A stretch of 64,000 nucleotides of DNA from Bryobacteraceae bacterium. GTDB taxonomy: Bacteria; Acidobacteriota; Terriglobia; Bryobacterales; Bryobacteraceae. The stretch spans positions 24,134 through 88,133 of the forward strand of contig JBBFLJ010000014.1 of NCBI GenBank assembly GCA_037481575.1, read 5' to 3'. Both the position numbers and the translations under genes were made by a program. Numbering within the stretch: the stretch's first letter is position 1; each line of letters starts with the position of its first letter. Shown piece after piece: positions 30,178 through 37,267 of the stretch. Under the pieces are notes generated by a model. The model was not told where the DNA came from. It ran no database searches and saw only the letters and a list, made by a program, of their open reading frames with translations.

Positions 30178-31050
30178 ATGTCCCGGCTCGCGGAATGGAT
30201 CCACGGCGGCATCGTCATCACCGACGGAGCGTGGGGCACGCGCCTGCAGGAGCTTGGCCTCGAACCGGGCGCACTGCCCGATGCATGGAACCTCGCGAGC
30301 CCGGACCGCGTGGAACAGGTGGCGCGCGAGTACGTGGAAGCGGGCAGCGAGGTGATCCTCACGAATACCTTTCGCTCCAACCGCATCGCGCTAGCCGCCG
30401 CAGGAATGCAAGACCGCGTCGCGGAAATCAACGCCGCGGGCGTGGCGATCAGCCGCCGCGCCGCCGCGGGGCGCGCGCGCGTCGCCGCCTCCATCGGGCC
30501 GACGGGAAAAATGCTGACGGCGGAGGAGGTCGCACCACCCGAGCTGCGCGCCGCGTTCCTCGAACAAGCGCAGGCGCTCGCCGCCGCGGGCGCGGACGCG
30601 ATTCTGATCGAGACGATGAGCGATCTCGAAGAAGCGCGCATCGCCCTGCGCGCGGCTCTTTCCACCGGCCTCCCCGTGATCGTCTCCTTCGCCTTCGACA
30701 CCGGCCGCAACCGCGACCGCACGATGACAGGCGTGACGCCCGAGCAGGCCGCCGCGGAGATGGCAGCCGAGGGAGCCGACGCCGTGGGCGCCAACTGCGG
30801 CGCGGGCATCGAACGCTTCGTCCCCATCTGCGCCCGGATGCGCGCCGCCTGCTCCTTGCCGCTGTGGATCAAGGCCAACGCGGGAATGCCCGAGTGGCGC
30901 GAGGGGCGCGCCGTCTACTCGACGCCGCCCGCAGACTTCGCCGCCTTTCTGGCGCCGTTGCGGGAAGCCGGCGCCGCCTTCGTCGGCGGCTGCTGCGGAA
31001 CCACGCCCGATTTCATCCGCGCCCTCGCCGCCGAAAAGGAAAGGCTATGA
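30178..31050 (+). CDS. Free-standing homocysteine S-methyltransferase domain protein (MetH N-terminal module / BHMT family)
   Basis: 290 aa. Motifs TDGAWGT, LTNTF, and the Zn-binding cysteines in GANCGAG and GGCCGTTP. Lies 5 nt after the corrinoid protein gene. Confidence 0.85.
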   Translation: MSRLAEWIHGGIVITDGAWGTRLQELGLEPGALPDAWNLASPDRVEQVAREYVEAGSEVILTNTFRSNRIALAAAGMQDRVAEINAAGVAISRRAAAGRARVAASIGPTGKMLTAEEVAPPELRAAFLEQAQALAAAGADAILIETMSDLEEARIALRAALSTGLPVIVSFAFDTGRNRDRTMTGVTPEQAAAEMAAEGADAVGANCGAGIERFVPICARMRAACSLPLWIKANAGMPEWREGRAVYSTPPADFAAFLAPLREAGAAFVGGCCGTTPDFIRALAAEKERL

Positions 31051-31793
31051 AGCTCCGGCTCATCAGTTGCGAGGTCCTCTTCCGCGAAATGTGCGACGCC
31101 GTGGCGCGCTCGCCGCATCAGGTGGACGCGGAGTTCCTGCCCAAGGGCTGGCACGACCTCGGCGGCAAGCGCATGGCGGAGCTGATCCAGGAGCGCATCG
31201 ACGCCGTGCCCGCCGGCGCATACGACGCCATTTTGCTGGGCTACGGGCTGTGCGGCAACGGGCTGGATGGCATCCGGGCGCGGCACACCTTGCTCGTCCT
31301 GCCCCGCGCCCACGACTGCATCGCCCTGCTCATGGGCGGCCGCGCCCGCTACCAGGAATTCTTCGAGGAATTCCCCGGCACTTTTTACCGCTCCACGGGC
31401 TGGCTGGAGCGTGGCAAAGGCCTGAAACAGCTTACCCACGGCACCACCGGCATGGACGTTTCGCTCGAGAAATTGATCGAAAAATACGGCGAGGAAAACG
31501 GCCGGTATTTGTACGCGGAACTCACCCGCTACCGCTCCGCCTATCAGCGGCTCGTCTACATCGAGACCGGACTCGAGCCCGACGGCCGCTTCGAGGAGGA
31601 GGCGCGTTGGGAAGCCGCCGAACACGGCTGGGAATTCCGCAAGATCCGCGGCAGCCTCGAGCTGTTCCGCAGGCTCGTCAACGGCGCGTGGGGCGGCGAG
31701 GACTTCCTGCTCGTGCAGCCCGGCGAGCGGGTTCGCGCCACCTACGACGACGCGGTGGTGCGGATCGAGCCGGCGCCGGAGGCGGCGCGATGA
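31047..31793 (+). CDS. DUF1638-family protein
   Basis: The ATG overlaps the upstream stop (ATGA). MKLRLISCEVLFRE...LLGYGLCGNG...PRAHDCIALLMG matches my memory of DUF1638, a family commonly found beside corrinoid proteins. Confidence 0.7.
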   Translation: MKLRLISCEVLFREMCDAVARSPHQVDAEFLPKGWHDLGGKRMAELIQERIDAVPAGAYDAILLGYGLCGNGLDGIRARHTLLVLPRAHDCIALLMGGRARYQEFFEEFPGTFYRSTGWLERGKGLKQLTHGTTGMDVSLEKLIEKYGEENGRYLYAELTRYRSAYQRLVYIETGLEPDGRFEEEARWEAAEHGWEFRKIRGSLELFRRLVNGAWGGEDFLLVQPGERVRATYDDAVVRIEPAPEAAR

Positions 31794-31818
31794 CCGGGGG
31801 GCGGAAGGAGGCTGCGCG

Positions 31819-32832
31819 GTGACAGGCAAGGAACGCATCCTGGCGCGCATCCGGCATGAGCAGCCGGACTGCCTGCCGCTGATGCCCATCACGATGATGT
31901 TCGCCGCCGACGTGGCGGGAGTCCGCTATGGCGATTACGCCCGCGACCACCGCGTGCTGGCGCGGGCGCAGCTCGCCGTGGCGCGCCGCTTCGGCTTCGA
32001 TTACGTCAGCGTCATCTCCGACCCGGCGCGGGAGACGGCGGACTTGGGCGGCGCGATCGAGTGGTTCGAGGATCAGCCGCCGGCGGTGATCGAGAGCCGC
32101 GCCGTCTTGCACGAGAAGAGCGTGCTGGACCGTCTGCCGCTGCCCGATCCGCTGGCGCCGGGCAGCCGCATGAGGGACCGCGTCGACGGCGTGGCGCTGC
32201 TGAAGCACGAGGCGGGGGAGGAGCTGATCGTGGAGGGCTGGGTGGAGGGTCCGTGCGCCCTCGGCGCGGATCTGCGCGGCGTGAACACGCTGATGCTCGA
32301 TTTCATCGACGACCCTCCCTTCGTCGAGGCGCTGTTCGATTACTGCGTGCGGCTCGAGATCGAATTCGCACGCGCGCAGGTGGAGGCGGGCGCCACGCTG
32401 ATCGGCATCGGAGACGCTGCGGCGTCCCTGGTCGGCCCCCGCCTTTATCATCAATATGTGCTCCCATTCGAGAAAAAACTCGTGGCCGCCATCCGGGCGA
32501 TGGGGGTTCCCGTGCGGCTGCATATTTGCGGCAACACGCGGAAAATTGCAAAGGGAATGGGGGAAACGGGGGCTGATATTGTGGACCTGGATTTCCTGAC
32601 GCCGATGGCCGAGGCCCGCGCGGCGATGCCGGAGCCGCAGGTGCTGCTCGGCAACATCGACCCTGTCCGCGTGCTCCGCGACGGGACCCCGGAGCAGGTG
32701 GAAGCCGCTCTGGAGGAGTGCTGGCGCGCCGCAGGCCCCTCCTACATCGTGGGTCCGGGCTGCGAAACCCCCCGCGGCACGCCGGCGCAGAATATGGAAG
32801 CGATGGCGCGCTTCGCGCGCTCCCGGCAGTGA
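31819..32832 (+). CDS. URO-D-fold methyltransferase of the MtaA/MtbA/CmuA type (Zn-dependent methylcobamide:thiol-type enzyme)
   Basis: GTG start after GGAAGGAGG. 337 aa with a URO-D-like N-terminus (ERILARIRHEQPDCLP). H-x-C Zn motif RLHICGN plus the downstream Cys in GPGCETP. Confidence 0.8.
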   Translation: MTGKERILARIRHEQPDCLPLMPITMMFAADVAGVRYGDYARDHRVLARAQLAVARRFGFDYVSVISDPARETADLGGAIEWFEDQPPAVIESRAVLHEKSVLDRLPLPDPLAPGSRMRDRVDGVALLKHEAGEELIVEGWVEGPCALGADLRGVNTLMLDFIDDPPFVEALFDYCVRLEIEFARAQVEAGATLIGIGDAAASLVGPRLYHQYVLPFEKKLVAAIRAMGVPVRLHICGNTRKIAKGMGETGADIVDLDFLTPMAEARAAMPEPQVLLGNIDPVRVLRDGTPEQVEAALEECWRAAGPSYIVGPGCETPRGTPAQNMEAMARFARSRQ

Positions 32833-34259
32833 AACTCACCCTCCGCCCGGCGCCGGGCATGCGCCTGTCTGACCAGCTCCAGCAGGCGGGAGTCGAATTC
32901 CCGTGCGGGGGTCAGGGCATCTGCGGCGGCTGCCGCGTCCGCGTGATCGAGGGCGACATTCCGGTCACGGACGCGATGCGGCAGCAGCTGGGCGAACGCG
33001 AGCTGCGGGAGGGCTGGCGGCTCGCCTGCTGCGCAAACGCTTCGGCGCCCGTCACCGTCGAGGTGGAGCAGTGGTCGGCGCGCGTGCTCTCCGACGAGGA
33101 GGAGGTGCCGGTGGAACCGCGCCCCGGTTGGGGCGCAGCCGTGGACCTCGGCACCACGACCGTCGCTGCGCAGCTCGTCCATCTCGAAACCGGCGAGGTG
33201 GAAGCGGTGGAAACGGCGCTGAACGCGCAGGCGCGCTTCGGCGCCGACGTCATGAGCCGCATTCAGCACGAGTTGAAACACCCCGGGGAGCTCGGACGCG
33301 TGATCCGTGCGCAGCTGGAGGCGATGCTCGGCAGGCTGGCGGGAGGGCGCAAGCTCACGGAGGTGCTGCTGGCAGGAAACACGGCGATGCACCATCTGTT
33401 CAGCGGTCTGGACGTAGCCCCGCTGGCGGCGGCGCCGTTCCTTTCGCCGGCCACAGGCGCGCAGAGGTGGAAAGCGGCGGAGGTTCCGTGGGGCGCGGAC
33501 ACGGTGTTCCTCCCTTGTTTGGGCGGTTTCGTGGGCAGCGACCTGCTGGCCGGGCTCGCCGCCACGCGGCTCGACAAAAAACGGAATTGCCATGTTCTGT
33601 TTGATATCGGAACCAACGGCGAGATCGTGGCGGCGCAGCGCGCGCGCGTCCGCTGCGCCTCCACCGCCGCCGGGCCCGCGTTCGAGGGCGGCAGGATCCG
33701 CTGCGGCATGCGCGCCTGCGAAGGGGCCATCGACTCGGTGCGGATCGAACACGGGCGCCTCGTGCCGCATGTGATCGGCGGCGGCGCGCCGCGCGGCATC
33801 TGCGGAAGCGGACTGGTGGACGCGGTGGCGAAGGCGCTGGATCTCGGGCTGGTGCAGCGCAACGGCAGGCTGGCGCGCGGCGACATCGCCCTGGCGGAGG
33901 AAGTCGTGATCACGCAATCCGACGTCCGCCAGCTGCAACTCGCAAAAGGTGCGATGGCCGCGGGGCTCAAGCTGATGGCGCGCGGCGCGCGGCAGCTCTT
34001 TCTGGCTGGGGCGTTCGGCAACTACCTGCACGCCGACAGCGCGCGGCGCATCGGGCTGCTGCCGGAAGACGCGGAGGTTCAGCCTGTGGGCAACGCGAGC
34101 CTGCGCGGCACCCGGATGCTGCTGTTGTCGCCCTCCACGAGGGAGGAGCGGGTGGCACGGATTCTGGCGGCAGCGGAGCACGTAGAGCTCGCCGGGATAG
34201 CCGGATTCGAGGACGTGTTCGCCGAGAGCATGGCGCTCGAGCCTTTCCGGCTCCGGTGA
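32829..34259 (+). CDS. RACo-type reductive activator of corrinoid enzymes ([2Fe-2S] ferredoxin domain plus ASKHA ATPase domain)
   Basis: The GTG overlaps the upstream stop (GTGA). Plant-type ferredoxin motif CGGQGICGGCRV...LAC, then ASKHA motifs AVDLGTTTVAAQL, DIGTNGEIV and TAAGPAFEG. Confidence 0.85.
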   Translation: MKLTLRPAPGMRLSDQLQQAGVEFPCGGQGICGGCRVRVIEGDIPVTDAMRQQLGERELREGWRLACCANASAPVTVEVEQWSARVLSDEEEVPVEPRPGWGAAVDLGTTTVAAQLVHLETGEVEAVETALNAQARFGADVMSRIQHELKHPGELGRVIRAQLEAMLGRLAGGRKLTEVLLAGNTAMHHLFSGLDVAPLAAAPFLSPATGAQRWKAAEVPWGADTVFLPCLGGFVGSDLLAGLAATRLDKKRNCHVLFDIGTNGEIVAAQRARVRCASTAAGPAFEGGRIRCGMRACEGAIDSVRIEHGRLVPHVIGGGAPRGICGSGLVDAVAKALDLGLVQRNGRLARGDIALAEEVVITQSDVRQLQLAKGAMAAGLKLMARGARQLFLAGAFGNYLHADSARRIGLLPEDAEVQPVGNASLRGTRMLLLSPSTREERVARILAAAEHVELAGIAGFEDVFAESMALEPFRLR

Positions 34260-34304
34260 CTGCGGTCACAGCGCGCTGCCGCAGCGCACCGCCACCATGG
34301 GAAC

Positions 34305-34877
34305 ATGATTCCCGCAGATCAGTTGTTCGGCGCGGCAGCGGCGCCTTCCCCGGAGAACGTGGAGGAGTTCCTGATGGCGTGCCACCGGCGGATCGAACAG
34401 CGGCTTGCGGCAATGGAGCGCGCCGCCGCGGCGCTGGATTCGAGCCGCCAGGAGGCACTGGCGGCGCTGGAAGCAGCGCTCGAGTTCCTCGATACGAGCG
34501 GCGCCCTGCACACGGAAGACGAGGAAGAGAGCGTGTTCCCGCGCCTGCGGGCGCGGATGGAAGCCGGAGAGCGGACGTTTCTCGCAGGGCTGGAGCACGA
34601 TCATGCTGAGGCGGGAATGATCCACCGGCGCCTGCGAAAGCTGGTTTCGAAGGCGAAAGACGGGCAGGAGAACGGCGGCGCGGTGCGCGGCGCGGTGGAG
34701 GAGCTGGCGGCTCTCTACCGGCGCCACATTGCGAGCGAGGACTCGGCTCTGACGGCTTACGCGCGTGCGCTGCTCACGCCGGAGGAGCGCTCCGCGATTG
34801 CATCGGAGATGCGGGCTCGGCGAAAGCTGGCGGCAGGTACGAGCACCGCGGATCGGCAGCCAGAAAGTCTCCCGTAA
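34305..34877 (+). CDS. Hemerythrin-like cation-binding domain protein
   Basis: 190 aa. Repeated H/E ligand pattern (CHRRIE, HTEDEEESVFP, LEHDHAEA, HIASED). Confidence 0.7.
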   Translation: MIPADQLFGAAAAPSPENVEEFLMACHRRIEQRLAAMERAAAALDSSRQEALAALEAALEFLDTSGALHTEDEEESVFPRLRARMEAGERTFLAGLEHDHAEAGMIHRRLRKLVSKAKDGQENGGAVRGAVEELAALYRRHIASEDSALTAYARALLTPEERSAIASEMRARRKLAAGTSTADRQPESLP

Positions 34878-35871
34878 GCGCCCACGCGCGGGCCCGGGAG
34901 CCGCCGCAAAGGTTGCGGTACTCGCAGACGCCGCACTTTCCGCCCAGAGCGTCGGCGTTGCGGAGGACGCGGAACAGCCGCGAGTTGCGATAGGCGTCCG
35001 CCAGGCGGACATTTCTCACGTTTCCCGCGGAAATTTCCAGAAACCCCGAGGGATAAATCTCGCCAGTGTGGGAGATAAAGAGCAGCCCCTTTCCATCATT
35101 GATGCCCGCCTGGCGGGCGATGGCGCCGGCGGAGGCGCGGGCGGGGGCGGCGCCGGAGGCCTTCCGCTGCCGGGCGGCGAAGCGGCGGTAATGCTGCGCT
35201 TCCGTCGTCTTGACGTCGAATGGCGCGGTCAGCGAGATCCGGTAAAGGAACTCGAAAACCTGCTCGTATTCTTCCGCCGTCAGGTCGTCTTCCAGCTGCG
35301 CCCGTCCGGTGACGACTAGAAAAAAGACGCTCCACAGCCGGGCGCCGCTGTCCTCGACGAGTGCGGCGATACGATCCAGGGAACGGAAATTGCGGCGCGT
35401 CACCGTGGTGTTGATCTGAGTTTCGAGCCCTGCTTCGCGTGCCGCGCGCAGGGCTTCGAGCGTGATGCGGAAGCTGCCCTCGACGCCGCGGAAGCCGTCG
35501 TGCTGCGGGGCATCGGCGCCGTCCAGGCTCACCGCCATGCGCGCGACGCCGGCGTCGCGGAAGCGCCGAACCGCCTCCCCGGTGAGCAGCGGCGTGGCGC
35601 TCGGCGTGATCGTGGTGCGCAGCCCCGCTGCAACGCTCATCCGCAGCAGGTCGAACAGATCCTCCCGCTTCAGGGGATCGCCCCCCGTGAAGACCAGAAG
35701 AGGATCGCCAAATTCCCGGATCTGCCGGATCAACTCCTCCGCCTCGGCGCGCGTGAGCTCCGCCGGATGGCGCTCCGGCTGCGCGGAGGCGCGGCAGTGG
35801 CGGCAGGCGAGGTCGCACGCCTGGGTGACCTCCCAGATGACGAGGAACGGGGCTTCGGAGAAGTCTCGCAT
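34774..35871 (-). CDS. Radical SAM / SPASM-domain enzyme (AhbD/NirJ-related; resembles the uncharacterised BA_1875-type family)
   Basis: 365 aa. CxxxCxxC in WEVTQACDLACRHCRA, GG motif FTGGDPL, FFLVVTGRA, and C-terminal auxiliary-cluster cysteines GKCGVCEYRNLCGG...DPRCSY. Confidence 0.8.
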   Translation of the reverse strand: MRDFSEAPFLVIWEVTQACDLACRHCRASAQPERHPAELTRAEAEELIRQIREFGDPLLVFTGGDPLKREDLFDLLRMSVAAGLRTTITPSATPLLTGEAVRRFRDAGVARMAVSLDGADAPQHDGFRGVEGSFRITLEALRAAREAGLETQINTTVTRRNFRSLDRIAALVEDSGARLWSVFFLVVTGRAQLEDDLTAEEYEQVFEFLYRISLTAPFDVKTTEAQHYRRFAARQRKASGAAPARASAGAIARQAGINDGKGLLFISHTGEIYPSGFLEISAGNVRNVRLADAYRNSRLFRVLRNADALGGKCGVCEYRNLCGGSRARAWALTGDFLAADPRCSYLPPAFAEPASPMQSRSAPPA

Positions 35872-35919
35872 GGGCTGCTCTATTCTTCTCCAGAATCGGG
35901 CAGCCGCGGCAGGGAAACA

Positions 35920-35933
35920 GTGACCGGGGTCAC
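35920..35933. promoter_or_regulatory. CRP/FNR-type palindrome GTGA-N6-TCAC upstream of the radical SAM gene
   Basis: GTGACCGGGGTCAC lies 49-62 nt upstream of the radical SAM start codon (35871, minus strand) and 50 nt downstream of the Crp/Fnr gene stop. It matches the tGTGA-N6-TCACa core of CRP-family operators. Confidence 0.45.
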
Positions 35934-35982
35934 GGACGCGGGAACGGGCACCGTGCAGACTGAAAGTGCGATGACGGCCGCG

Positions 35983-36657
35983 TCAGAACTCGGTTTCGGC
36001 CTCGGCGCGCAAGGCTTCCGGATCGGCGATCACGATCTGGCGGCGCTCGATGCGGACCATGCCTTCCGCCTGGAAGCGCGAGAGGTTGCGGCTGACCACT
36101 TCGCGGACCGTGCCCAGCCGCATGGCAAGCTCCTCGTGTGTCAGCGGAGCCGTTTCCATCTCGCCGCGCTCCCAGGCATCCAGCAGCAGGCGCGCCAGCC
36201 GCTGTCGCACACTGCCGAAGGTGATCGCCTCGATCAAGCCGACCAGCTGCCGCAGCCGCCGCCCGAGAATGGCGAATACCCGCAGCGGCACTTCAGGGTG
36301 CTGCAGGCAGAAGCGCCGGAAATCTTCTTTGCGGATCAGATAAGCGGTCACGGGCGTGATCGCTCTTACGGTGGCCGGGTAGTCGCCTTCGTCAAACAGC
36401 GGCACTTCCGCCACCGAAGACGGCGCGGTCTCCATCGCCAGCATGATTTCCCGCCCCGTCTGGCTGGTCTTGCAGATCTTCACCGTGCCCTCGCCCAGCA
36501 CGTACAGCCCCTCGCAGGTGTCTCCTTCGTAGAAGAGCGTCTCGCCGGCATCGAATCTTTTCTCGACGGCGAGCGCAGCCAGCTGAAGGCATACGTCCTG
36601 CGGAAGCGTGCGGAACAGCGGCGTGCTGCGGAAGGCTTCGTGCTTGCGCTCGCCCAT
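35983..36657 (-). CDS. Crp/Fnr-family transcriptional regulator
   Basis: 224 aa. cNMP-binding-like beta-roll (FYEGDTCEGLYVLGEGTVKI) and a C-terminal HTH (THEELAMRLGTVREVVSRNLSRF). No N-terminal FNR-type Cys cluster is seen. Confidence 0.88.
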   Translation of the reverse strand: MGERKHEAFRSTPLFRTLPQDVCLQLAALAVEKRFDAGETLFYEGDTCEGLYVLGEGTVKICKTSQTGREIMLAMETAPSSVAEVPLFDEGDYPATVRAITPVTAYLIRKEDFRRFCLQHPEVPLRVFAILGRRLRQLVGLIEAITFGSVRQRLARLLLDAWERGEMETAPLTHEELAMRLGTVREVVSRNLSRFQAEGMVRIERRQIVIADPEALRAEAETEF

Positions 36658-36668
36658 GGGGAGGAACC

Positions 36669-36893
36669 GTGAAGCTGCGGATCAGCCTCCAATGTACCCT
36701 TTGCGGGTCCTGCGCGGCAATTTGCCCGGACGGTGCGGTCCTGCGCGTGAAAAAGCGTATCGTGATCGACACCTCGCGCTGCCGCTCCTGTGACAGCCTC
36801 GATACGCCCGCCTGCGGGGCGCACTGCCCGGCGGGGGCGATCACCGCTTTGGAAGACGGAAGCGGCCGAAAGGAGGGAACGGAAAATGAATGA
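36669..36893 (+). CDS. Small 4Fe-4S ferredoxin-type protein
   Basis: 74 aa. GTG start after GGAGGA. First cluster motif CTLCGSCAAICP, second degenerate motif CRSCDSLDTPACGAHCP. Confidence 0.65.
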   Translation: MKLRISLQCTLCGSCAAICPDGAVLRVKKRIVIDTSRCRSCDSLDTPACGAHCPAGAITALEDGSGRKEGTENE

Positions 36894-37218
36894 GCCATAT
36901 TTCTTCCTCGAGGATCTGCGGCAGCATGCGCCGTTGCCGCCGAATGGCATTCTGAGCCGCACGCTGCATGCCGATGACCGAAGTAAAATCATTCAGTTTT
37001 GTTTCGCCCCGGGCCAGGAGCTTTCGGCGCACACGGCGCCGGTGCCGGCGCTGCTCTATTTCGCGCAGGGAGAAGCGGAGCTGCAGCTTGGCGATGACGT
37101 GAAACAGGTGCGCGAAGGGGCGCTGGCATACATGGCGCCGCGGCTCGAACACGCCATCCGCGCGAAGACCGAAGTCGTGATGCTGCTTGTCATGTTCCGC
37201 GAACCTGCCAGGGGCTGA
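36886..37218 (+). CDS. Cupin-domain protein
   Basis: In-frame ATG at 36886 overlaps the ferredoxin gene end by 8 nt. 110 aa with a cupin beta-barrel pattern (F.PGQELSAHT...LYF.QGEAEL.LGD...G...YM.P...H.I.A). Confidence 0.65.
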   Translation: MNEPYFFLEDLRQHAPLPPNGILSRTLHADDRSKIIQFCFAPGQELSAHTAPVPALLYFAQGEAELQLGDDVKQVREGALAYMAPRLEHAIRAKTEVVMLLVMFREPARG

Positions 37219-37267
37219 CCCGCCCGCGGCGGTACGCGACCCGCCTCCGGGGATAATACGGGGAGAG

